Source of the DNA: a virus | Lineage: Duplodnaviria; Caudoviricetes | Virus record (IMG/VR): IMGVR_UViG_3300043442_000410 | Location: 1 to 28,747 of that record | DNA length: 28,747 bases | Strand: one strand, 5' to 3' | Shown here: positions 15,331 through 22,953 of the stretch, one piece after another | How positions within the stretch are numbered: position 1 is the first letter of the stretch | Layout: every line of letters begins with the position of its first letter | The notes under the pieces: model-generated | What the model was told of the DNA's origin: nothing | The model's input: the letters and a program-made list of their open reading frames with translations, nothing else | The model's database searches: none | Translations under genes and position numbers: made by a program

Positions 15331-15458
15331 AAGAGTGCCTTGGCGGCCAACAGCAGGGCTTGGATGATGCCGTTGGCGCGGATGCCGGGGTACAGGCTCA
15401 GGGCTTCGGAGATTGCAGCAACGGCAATCGCAATAACAGCAGTAGTGGTGGGATCCAT
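15318..15458 (-). CDS. Small holin-like membrane protein (46 aa), not in ORF track
   Basis: MDPTTTAVIAIAVAAISEALSLYPGIRANGIIQALLLAAKALFPKR: hydrophobic with basic C-terminus, just upstream of the endolysin. TACACT lies 23-28 nt upstream. Confidence 0.75.
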   Translation of the reverse strand: MDPTTTAVIAIAVAAISEALSLYPGIRANGIIQALLLAAKALFPKR

Positions 15459-15557
15459 GTCAGATATGGAGTCTGGAGACAGTGTAGCTGTAGTAGAGAA
15501 GAAAGCCAGTACATTGGCTAGTTGTGGTCGCTACCTTTTATGTAGCGGCTGCGACGT

Positions 15558-15878
15558 ATGGACCATCAGATTGATGATGGCGAATACTTAAATAAAAAGC
15601 AGGCTAAGTTAAGATTTAGGCAAGAAATCCTGTGGCGCTGGCGGAATAGGTGCGCCTACTGCAACTGTGATTTAGGCAGGTCAGCCACTCTGGATCATGT
15701 GCTGGCTAAAAGCAAAGGAGGGCACACGCATCCGAAGAATATGGTTCCAGCGTGTTTGTCGTGCAATGTGAGGAAGGCGAGCCAGCAGTGGAGAGACTGG
15801 TTTCGCCAGCAGGATTTTTGGGATCAGCGGCTAGAGATTGAGATTGAGGAGTGGATCAATTCAGAGGAGGCTGCGTAG
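15558..15878 (+). CDS. HNH endonuclease (McrA-like, Zn-binding), opposite strand to the late operon
   Basis: CAYC...TLDHVLAKSKGG..H..NMVPACLSCN..K. Confidence 0.9.
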   Translation: MDHQIDDGEYLNKKQAKLRFRQEILWRWRNRCAYCNCDLGRSATLDHVLAKSKGGHTHPKNMVPACLSCNVRKASQQWRDWFRQQDFWDQRLEIEIEEWINSEEAA

Positions 15879-16041
15879 GGTTCCAGCCCATTCCCTCGAG
15901 GTACATGCGGGCGATGTACTCGTCTTCGGCGTAGCGGCAGATGCTGTCTTTGCAGGCGCGGTAATAGATTTCGCCGCGTTCGTTTTCGAGTTGTTCCAGT
16001 GCGTATCCTTCGGGATACAGGGTGGAGTTGATGACTGTCAT
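15856..16041 (-). CDS. Hypothetical protein (61 aa)
   Basis: ATGA overlap with 16038; converges on the HNH gene. Confidence 0.65.
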   Translation of the reverse strand: MTVINSTLYPEGYALEQLENERGEIYYRACKDSICRYAEDEYIARMYLEGMGWNPTQPPLN

Positions 16042-16286
16042 TTCTGGCGGTTTACTTGGACTTCGATTTGACGGACACGATCTTCGAGATCGTTGAGGCG
16101 TTCTTTGGAGTCGTTCTTGAGTTCTTGGATGTCCGAGACGACGGTGTTGACGAGTTGCTCCAGTTTGGCGACTTGCATGAAGAGACCGGCAAGGCCGACG
16201 ACAGCAGCAATTAGTAGCCCTGGGACGATTTGACCTAGAGGGTTTGCGGGGTCGGAAGGGCTTGCGGCCTCGTCGTGGCGGTCCAT
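16038..16286 (-). CDS. Membrane-anchored coiled-coil protein (possible lysis accessory)
   Basis: TM IVPGLLIAAVVGLAGLFMQV followed by heptad-rich LEQLVNTVVSDIQELKND..ERLNDLEDRVRQIE. Confidence 0.7.
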   Translation of the reverse strand: MDRHDEAASPSDPANPLGQIVPGLLIAAVVGLAGLFMQVAKLEQLVNTVVSDIQELKNDSKERLNDLEDRVRQIEVQVNRQK

Positions 16287-16317
16287 GATGAGGCCAAAGA
16301 AGCCCGTTTTTTACATA

Positions 16318-16452
16318 TTAACGGCCTTGTCCGCGCAGTTTTTTGCGGCCATGATTGGGTTTGCTGTGAGCACCCTGGCCTTGGCGAGTTTTCTTGGGAG
16401 GGCGGCTTTTATGCTCCACCCGTCCCAGTGCGGTCTTGGACTTGACAGCCAT
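16318..16452 (-). CDS. Small very basic protein (44 aa) ending RGQGR, not in ORF track
   Basis: MAVKSKTALGRVEHKSRPPKKTRQGQGAHSKPNHGRKKLRGQGR; fills the gap between 16286 and 16478. Confidence 0.75.
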   Translation of the reverse strand: MAVKSKTALGRVEHKSRPPKKTRQGQGAHSKPNHGRKKLRGQGR

Positions 16453-16477
16453 TAGAAGTGTGTAAACCTACAGGAGC

Positions 16478-16906
16478 TTAAACAGCACCCATCGTGGCGT
16501 CAATAGGTAGCCCTGTGACGGTGAAGTCAATATTGACTGGTACTGCATCAGCAGTGGCGGCCTGAATAGATGCCGAGTTAATTAAAACCGTGGCTTCGAA
16601 TACGCGGCTACTTGTTAGTTGCAGTTCCAGTGTGTGGGTTGTGGTGGGGGAAAGGATGGCTGTGCGGATTGTGTTTGCAAGTAGAGGTTGAGTGTCGAGG
16701 CTTCCGCTGGCTTTTTCGTAATACAGGGCTGTGCAGGAACCGGACCATTGTTGACGCCCGAAGACGTATGTGCGTGCTGCGGCGTCAATTACAGTTGTTT
16801 CAACTACATCAACAGTTGCATTTAATGTCCAGGATGTAATTTTTGCAATGCGCGTGCCATTAACTAGAAGCGCACCATCTAATCCGGTAAAGTGTCTAGC
16901 AGCCAT
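16478..16906 (-). CDS. Second tail-tube-like protein (142 aa)
   Basis: FTGLDGAL..IAKITSWTL...VETT...RTYVFG...SGSCTALY parallels LSGTSGAL..IGSVREWSF...IDVTT...RTYITG...SGSATVY of 26558-27325. Confidence 0.75.
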   Translation of the reverse strand: MAARHFTGLDGALLVNGTRIAKITSWTLNATVDVVETTVIDAAARTYVFGRQQWSGSCTALYYEKASGSLDTQPLLANTIRTAILSPTTTHTLELQLTSSRVFEATVLINSASIQAATADAVPVNIDFTVTGLPIDATMGAV

Positions 16907-16932
16907 GGTGCGTTACAGAGCATAGCGACAGC

Positions 16933-17382
16933 TTAACTGCCGGATGCTGCGCCTCCCGTAAAGCTTACTGTTACGGCACGTGCAAGTCCTGGTGCTCCAG
17001 CTGAAATGATTGCCGGCACGCTGATAAGGGCGATGGATACGTCCGCATACCCATTTGCACGGTGCTGCTCTGTAGGAAAAGTGCTGTAGCGCCAGTACGT
17101 TGTTAGAGGTACTAGGTCTGTATAACTGGCGTGCCCTGCCCACGCTTCATTACTTAGTTGGAACGAACGGTAACCACCTTGCTGTTCACGGTAGTGATCG
17201 CGGATGAGTTTTGTTTGAGCTTGACTTAGAGCGGTGAAATTTAGTTCCAGGGTGTGGCCGTAGGCAGTGCTGCCGTGGCGGAAGCGGATCGAGCCGCCGC
17301 CGAAGCCGCGTTCTTCGGTGACAGGAAACACGCCCATGCTGTAGCGGCGTGTTGCCGGTTTCAGCGCGGGGAACGTGGCCAT
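16933..17382 (-). CDS. Distal-tail (Dit/gpM-like) protein paralog 2
   Basis: MATFPALKPATRRYSMG.FP...HY..QQG....F.L....W.G......WRY...P, shared with the N-terminus of 19344-20090. Confidence 0.55.
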   Translation of the reverse strand: MATFPALKPATRRYSMGVFPVTEERGFGGGSIRFRHGSTAYGHTLELNFTALSQAQTKLIRDHYREQQGGYRSFQLSNEAWAGHASYTDLVPLTTYWRYSTFPTEQHRANGYADVSIALISVPAIISAGAPGLARAVTVSFTGGAASGS

Positions 17383-17798
17383 TAGTTCTGCAGCGTGATG
17401 GTGCTAGCCCCAAGGCTGAAGGTGGCGCCAGTGCTGCTGACATCACCGCTGAAATCGACGTAGGCCACCAGTTCGTCGGCGCTGCTGGCACCACCACGGG
17501 ATTTGTAGTACACGGCGCCGCGTGCGGTGATGGTTGAAGTGGCCCAGCTGACAGCGGCCAGGCTGAGTGTCACCTTGTCGTTGGCGGTGTCTTTGGTGAC
17601 GGTGCAGACGCTGGTAACGCCGCCAGCGGTGTAGCCAGTACCAGAGACCTCGTTAGTGACGTCCGAGCGCTTGGTGTGCGTATCTTTGTTGGCGACGTAG
17701 GTACTGGTGACCAGCATCACCTTGAAGGTATCAGTATCGAAGTCAATGGCACCTTTGGCCATGTCATCGATTGCAGAGTTGTAGATGAGACTGGCCAT
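17382..17798 (-). CDS. Virion structural protein (beta-rich, 138 aa)
   Basis: IDFDTDTFKVMLV...NEVSGTGYTAGG...ITARGAVYY pattern of phage tail-region proteins; located in the tail module. Confidence 0.7.
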   Translation of the reverse strand: MASLIYNSAIDDMAKGAIDFDTDTFKVMLVTSTYVANKDTHTKRSDVTNEVSGTGYTAGGVTSVCTVTKDTANDKVTLSLAAVSWATSTITARGAVYYKSRGGASSADELVAYVDFSGDVSSTGATFSLGASTITLQN

Positions 17799-17831
17799 GG
17801 CGTTGATGCGTTACAGGAAGTCTAAAAGGGC

Positions 17832-18002
17832 CTAGCGCAACAGGCTTGGCTTACGGCGCCAGTCTGGTTTGACGTAGTAGGTCGTGCGCTTGTCTGCGGC
17901 AGGGGTCACAGATGCGGCGGCAACGTCTGTGTCGAGCGTCAACGAAAATGCCTGCAGGGCCAGTGATGCCTGCCCTAGTGGGGATTGGTTAAAACTGGCC
18001 AT
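17832..18002 (-). CDS. Hypothetical protein (56 aa, MASFNQSPLG...PDWRRKPSLLR), not in ORF track
   Basis: ATG 1 nt after the upstream stop; fills the gap. Confidence 0.6.
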   Translation of the reverse strand: MASFNQSPLGQASLALQAFSLTLDTDVAAASVTPAADKRTTYYVKPDWRRKPSLLR

Positions 18003-18003
18003 G

Positions 18004-18978
18004 TCAAACGGTCCTCGCGCAGAATAAAACTTTGCCGGCTGCTGCTGTAGCGATAACAGCGACTGTCATCATTTCCCATTCCTCTGTACCAGCGCTAACC
18101 ACAAACGTATCTTGCACAGCCATTGTGGTGCCAGCGTAGTAAGGGGCAAATCCAAAATCACTGGGCAATGCCGCCATGTATGGTGTGATGCTTGGCGCCG
18201 TAAACATCGGAATGTGGTCTGCAGCAAGCGCAGTGTTGGTATTATTCTCTGCGACAGGGAAGAAAAACCCTGATGTAAAGCTCCAGTTGTTTGCAGCGCT
18301 CACATTGCCGAACGCTGTAAACTGAGCCAAGCTGAATGTTGTTGTATAGGCTGATAATGTTATGTTCCCGTTTAGGCGCATTGCGCCGAGGTAGCTGGAC
18401 CTTGTGCTGTATAGTTGCGCGACAGCAATCTGCGCTGTGTTTGCGCTAGTCGCGCCGGCTATGGACAGAAGATTGTTGAACTGTACCTTGTCTTGGTCTA
18501 CGAATGACTGAGCGTTAAAGCTAGGATGCGACAACATAAAGCATATATTAGAGCTGCCGTTTCGGATTAAGAAGAAAGATACCGCGCTGTTAATCCCGCT
18601 GGTGTAACGGGTTACTGTGCATGTTGTTGTGCTAGTGAGAGCCAGCAGTGTTACGTGGTTTGTTGTAGCGTTTGTGGTTGTTGAAAAATAGTCAATGTAT
18701 TGCGTGCCCGTTGGCACATGGGTGGTTGCATTCCACGTATTGGTAGTGGCTACAAAAGCGCCGCCAGTGGTAAACATGAACCAGTAGTAGACGGTGCCGT
18801 AGGTCTTGGCGCCGTTGTTGATGACACGGAGAATGCGATTCTCGATTGTGCCACTAAGGAAGCTATCAAACCAGTCCGTCATCAGGCCGGCATCGATAAA
18901 TGCCTGCTTGAAGGTATCGGCAAGCTGGACGGCGGTCCAAGTTGCAGTTGCCGTGTATGTCTGAGGAACAACAGTCAT
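18004..18978 (-). CDS. Putative tail fibre/receptor-binding structural protein (324 aa)
   Basis: Thr/Ala/aromatic-rich beta-type composition, in the tail accessory region. Confidence 0.55.
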   Translation of the reverse strand: MTVVPQTYTATATWTAVQLADTFKQAFIDAGLMTDWFDSFLSGTIENRILRVINNGAKTYGTVYYWFMFTTGGAFVATTNTWNATTHVPTGTQYIDYFSTTTNATTNHVTLLALTSTTTCTVTRYTSGINSAVSFFLIRNGSSNICFMLSHPSFNAQSFVDQDKVQFNNLLSIAGATSANTAQIAVAQLYSTRSSYLGAMRLNGNITLSAYTTTFSLAQFTAFGNVSAANNWSFTSGFFFPVAENNTNTALAADHIPMFTAPSITPYMAALPSDFGFAPYYAGTTMAVQDTFVVSAGTEEWEMMTVAVIATAAAGKVLFCARTV

Positions 18979-18980
18979 GG

Positions 18981-19337
18981 TCAGGCAATCTCCTCGTAGG
19001 TGAGGATCAGGTCAATCGTGGTGGCGGCATTGGCCTTGGCATAGATCGCGTCGCCTTCTTCTAGATACAGGTATTCCTCTCGGTTGAGCACAACAAAGGC
19101 GCTGTTGACGGGTACTTGCGCTGTCTTTATCAGCTCGTAGTGCGTACTGGATCGAAAGATGGTGACTTCAATGGTGCCAGCAGCAGTAGTGGTGTTGGCT
19201 GCCCTAATGCCGTTGATTTTGAAGACCTTGCCGCTAGATGCCCCGTTGGAAAGCGCCGAGGCCAACGACGCTGTGCAGGCATAGACCGCCGTCTTGCCGG
19301 TGATGGTCGTAGGACTTTTAAGGTTAGGAGCGGCCAT
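18981..19337 (-). CDS. Virion structural protein (118 aa)
   Basis: MAAPNL....TITGKT...KIN.I.AAN...YLEEGD.I......YEEI pattern; in the tail module. Confidence 0.65.
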   Translation of the reverse strand: MAAPNLKSPTTITGKTAVYACTASLASALSNGASSGKVFKINGIRAANTTTAAGTIEVTIFRSSTHYELIKTAQVPVNSAFVVLNREEYLYLEEGDAIYAKANAATTIDLILTYEEIA

Positions 19338-19343
19338 GTGTCG

Positions 19344-20090
19344 TCAATTCCCCCACCATTCTATGTAAGCCAGCGATTCCCAGCCATACAACTGGACAGC
19401 CATGTCAGACCAGTAATCGAATGCTGGCGGTCCAGTGGTGGCACTGCCGCCTACCAAGGTTGCTGTAACAGTAAGGGCAAAACCGCTGACACTTACAGGA
19501 ACTGCTGCGGCACCGGCCGCAAGGGTGCTGGAGACAGTTGCAAAAATACCTGTTGCTGAGCCAAGCGTTGCTGTAACGGTCAGATCCAGGCCAGAAATTT
19601 GAAAGCCGACAGCGCTGAAACTTACGGTAACTGTCTTGCTCAGGCCGTTGGTAGTCCGCGCCTCTCCATCGGTAAGCTTTGTGAGTACAACGCGATACAT
19701 GCCATCGACGATGGCGCCATCTGGCGGGACGGTCTCCAGCGTTAGTTCGATGTTGTACCGGCTGTAGTACGAATCTTCGACTGTTGGGGGTTCTTTATAG
19801 CGCCAGAGATAATTTGCGAGCTGATAGTCGGCTGCTGTGACGCCGCCCCAGACAGAGAAAGGAAGATCGAAGCTTTCGAATGTGCCGAGTTGACCCTGGT
19901 AGTGCGACAGGATACTCAGCATCGAGGCTTCGGTGACGGCTGTAAACGTAAGCCGTACTTGACTGGCGAGCATCACATTGCTGTGACGCACTCGGTTTTG
20001 CCAGCCGCTGATGGTGCTGAACGGCGTGTGCGGATATTCTCCGGGCGTAAATGTCCGGCCGCTTGGAGTCAGTGTGGGGAACGTTGTCAT
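19344..20090 (-). CDS. Distal-tail (Dit/gpM-like) protein paralog 1 with Thr-rich C-terminal extension
   Basis: MTTFPTLTPSGRTFTPGEYP...HY.GQ.G.F.SF.L...WRY..PP. Confidence 0.55.
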   Translation of the reverse strand: MTTFPTLTPSGRTFTPGEYPHTPFSTISGWQNRVRHSNVMLASQVRLTFTAVTEASMLSILSHYQGQLGTFESFDLPFSVWGGVTAADYQLANYLWRYKEPPTVEDSYYSRYNIELTLETVPPDGAIVDGMYRVVLTKLTDGEARTTNGLSKTVTVSFSAVGFQISGLDLTVTATLGSATGIFATVSSTLAAGAAAVPVSVSGFALTVTATLVGGSATTGPPAFDYWSDMAVQLYGWESLAYIEWWGN

Positions 20091-22495
20091 TAGCTGACGA
20101 CTCCGAAATTATCCCAATAGTTGGCACCCTCTTGCAATGCTTCAAGTAAACCTAGATCCAACACCTCGTCCCCGGTGTTGCCGTATTCAGTATCTTCAAG
20201 TAGGACAATGCTTGTGATAAACTGCCCTATTTCATGGTTGTAGTAAAACTGTGGATCACTTGTGCCAGGGATAGGACAGACAGCGTTGATAATAAAAACC
20301 TCAGTGCCATCAGATGCCTTAGTGTATGAGTAACCTCTGCGCACATCAAACGTCACAGGATCAGCTCCACAAATCGCATCGCAGAAATCGTATGGCTTAT
20401 TTATACCAACAAGATCGCAAGCACCCGCCCGTAGTTCGGTGAATCTGGTTGTTATATTTACCGAGAAAGTTGAGTCGGGAGTGCCTTCCCCGCATCCAGA
20501 GGAAACGTTATTAGAGCAACGTTTTCTAACGCCTCTATTCCGCCCCTTGAACGTGACTGTAGCTTTAATCCCTGCTCTGGTAAACGACGGGAACATAATA
20601 TAAACGGGAATGGGATTGAGAAGTTGTGGCAATCCGCCTGGACATGTAACCTGCGGAGTAAGTGTCTGACCAAGATCATCAAATCCCGGCGTATATGTAT
20701 TGTTTGTTGCCCCAGCAATCGGTGAGCCGTTTCGTAGCCACTGAACAGAACACGGCGTATCGACAGTAATCGGCCTGCCGGCTAGTCCGTTGTTGTTGGG
20801 ATCTAGGCCATTGATTGGCGGCGAATCCGGGTCAAGGCCGTCGTCGGGGTTCGGACCGCCATCATCAGGTTCAGAATCGCGTGGGCCGCCGCCGCTGTTA
20901 CCCCCGCGATCAATCGTGACTTCTGCTCCTGCGCCTGTAGATGTACCAGTGCCGCTGGAGTCAGTCGGGTCGTTCGCGTCGCCGGGCTCAATGAACTGCT
21001 CAGCGGGAATGGTGTTGTTTGTGGATGAGTTTTCGTCGCAATCCACGCCTGTTCTTGTGGATGGGATAATCAGTCCAGATCCAGTGGCTGCTGCAACATC
21101 AAGAGCGATAAGGCTGCGGTTTTGATCGTCTACGGGGAAATGCACGGCTTCGTAGGTCAGATCCCCAGCAAGCGTCTTAGTGACACGCTCGACTTGGTAC
21201 AGGTAGTGGTGGGCTGAAGCGATATAGTTTGTTGCTTGGCGCTGCAAATTGACGGCAATAATATCGCCGACTGTTACGGATACGTTATAGGCTTGGGGGC
21301 GAGTCGAGAATCGAATAACGTGCGTGGGATAAGTACGTTTTGCAAGAATATACGCACCGACTTTTACGGCGTGGTTCTCGTTTGTGCAGAACTCGCTTAG
21401 ATCGTGAGTTTCGTAGGGGCCAGCCTCGGCAGTGCCGTTGTACCGCACTTCAGCAGTACGGATAATTCCAATGTCGCTTTCAATCTGCTGGCGCCAGACA
21501 ACTTGCGCGACAAATGGCAGGCGGTCGGCCAGAGACGTGTAATCAATCTCCAGAGTTCCAGGGAGAATGTAGTCCTCAGTAAATGTGAACTCTGGTGTAA
21601 TCGCGCCTACGTTGATAGCTCCAGCTGCTGTGGTAGGCAGCAGCGGACGAAGACCTTTCTTGCCTCCATCGTTACTTTCACCTAGCAGAAAATACGGCGC
21701 CCATTTGGCTATAAAATCGGCGTAATTTGTACTTGTAGTTAGTTCGCAGTTACAGGTAAAGCTGTTGTACTCCAGGAAAGTGGCGGCAGCTAACAGCGCG
21801 GTGTTATCGATTAGAGCACTCGGAGTACGAGCGGTATTAGTCAGCAACCATTTAGTGAGGTCTGCAAAGTTGTCGCTGGGACCGTACACGTTGTCGTACA
21901 ACCGCGTGACGTGCATCCCGCCGCGAATGAACAGGTGGACTTGTCGCTTGTAGCGGTCCGAACCGTCCGGGTAGTAAGGACTGATGAAGCTGACGGTGCT
22001 GATGTTGGGGTACAGGCCAACGCTGCCACAGAAATATGGGGCTTCGGGAAGGTCGTAAGGGACTGGATTGAAAGGATCGGTTAAGTCGTAACGCTGAAGG
22101 AAGTAGTTGCCGGGTGGCCAAGTTCCAGCGCGGCGATCGTAAGTTTGGGTGTGCATCCCAACGCGGCAGGCACCTTGGAAGACGTCTTTGACTGGAATGC
22201 TGGAGATAAGCCCTTCACTGACAGGTAAGTGGTAATGCGCTTTTCGAGTGTTGTAAGGGTTGTTAAAGTATGCAGCTTCGCTTGCTCCAGGGCTGACGAG
22301 AATACCGCCTTTGTTGTTGCGGAAACGAGCGAAAACAATCGGTACGGGTTCGCCTAGTTTGATAAAACGTTGGGCGGATTCTAGTTCGTTGCTGCTGTAA
22401 ACACGGACATCTTTTTTATTGCCGGCAGGCGTATTGATCTGCCCGGCTTGGATGGCCAGGAGTACCAGCGGATCGGTGGCGGAGATCCAGCTCAT
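20090..22495 (-). CDS. Tail tip / baseplate hub protein with Ig-like motif and Cys-rich C-terminal domain
   Basis: LGEPVPIVF N-terminal motif typical of tail-tip proteins, two genes after the TMP. D/G/P linker, then WLRNGSPIAGATNNTYTP..DDLGQTLT (Ig-like). Confidence 0.75.
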   Translation of the reverse strand: MSWISATDPLVLLAIQAGQINTPAGNKKDVRVYSSNELESAQRFIKLGEPVPIVFARFRNNKGGILVSPGASEAAYFNNPYNTRKAHYHLPVSEGLISSIPVKDVFQGACRVGMHTQTYDRRAGTWPPGNYFLQRYDLTDPFNPVPYDLPEAPYFCGSVGLYPNISTVSFISPYYPDGSDRYKRQVHLFIRGGMHVTRLYDNVYGPSDNFADLTKWLLTNTARTPSALIDNTALLAAATFLEYNSFTCNCELTTSTNYADFIAKWAPYFLLGESNDGGKKGLRPLLPTTAAGAINVGAITPEFTFTEDYILPGTLEIDYTSLADRLPFVAQVVWRQQIESDIGIIRTAEVRYNGTAEAGPYETHDLSEFCTNENHAVKVGAYILAKRTYPTHVIRFSTRPQAYNVSVTVGDIIAVNLQRQATNYIASAHHYLYQVERVTKTLAGDLTYEAVHFPVDDQNRSLIALDVAAATGSGLIIPSTRTGVDCDENSSTNNTIPAEQFIEPGDANDPTDSSGTGTSTGAGAEVTIDRGGNSGGGPRDSEPDDGGPNPDDGLDPDSPPINGLDPNNNGLAGRPITVDTPCSVQWLRNGSPIAGATNNTYTPGFDDLGQTLTPQVTCPGGLPQLLNPIPVYIMFPSFTRAGIKATVTFKGRNRGVRKRCSNNVSSGCGEGTPDSTFSVNITTRFTELRAGACDLVGINKPYDFCDAICGADPVTFDVRRGYSYTKASDGTEVFIINAVCPIPGTSDPQFYYNHEIGQFITSIVLLEDTEYGNTGDEVLDLGLLEALQEGANYWDNFGVVS

Positions 22496-22953
22496 TCGCG
22501 TACTCCCTGGCCCATGATGGCGATTGTAAATTTGCGCGGTGGAACTTGTGCCCCAACTGGGGATAATGCAGATCCCAGTTGCAGGGTAAGACTGGTCAGT
22601 GTGCTGCGTCCACCGACGACTTGGCCGGTGTAGGCGGCAACGAGTTCTTGGCCGGCTTGTGGGGAGTTGTTGCCCTCCAGCACATCAAACTGGTAGATGC
22701 TGAGATCGACCAGGCGGCCTTCCCGCATGGCGGCCTCGAAGGCTGTCAGCACCATGCTTGTGGCGGCGGTGGTGACGGTCACGTTGGACTCGTCGCCGCT
22801 GATGCCGGCTGTGATGCCGTCAGCGATGAACGGCACGTACAGCCACTTCGCCCCAGCCCAGGTCACGCTGTCGTTGGCGTAGTACGACTGCCAGCGGTTG
22901 TAGGTGGTGCCGCCGGTGTCGTAGATGCGGAGGTACTGGGATTGAGCACGCAT
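22492..22953 (-). CDS. Minor tail / hub-associated protein (gpL/DUF2163-like position)
   Basis: Directly after the TMP; ends L.L.S.L..V..QVP.R.FT. Confidence 0.6.
   Translation of the reverse strand: MRAQSQYLRIYDTGGTTYNRWQSYYANDSVTWAGAKWLYVPFIADGITAGISGDESNVTVTTAATSMVLTAFEAAMREGRLVDLSIYQFDVLEGNNSPQAGQELVAAYTGQVVGGRSTLTSLTLQLGSALSPVGAQVPPRKFTIAIMGQGVRE

Noticed and set aside
15220-15591. 123-aa + strand ORF spanning the holin region
   Set aside because: Antisense to the holin and its extension and overlaps the HNH start. The minus-strand reading explains the region better.
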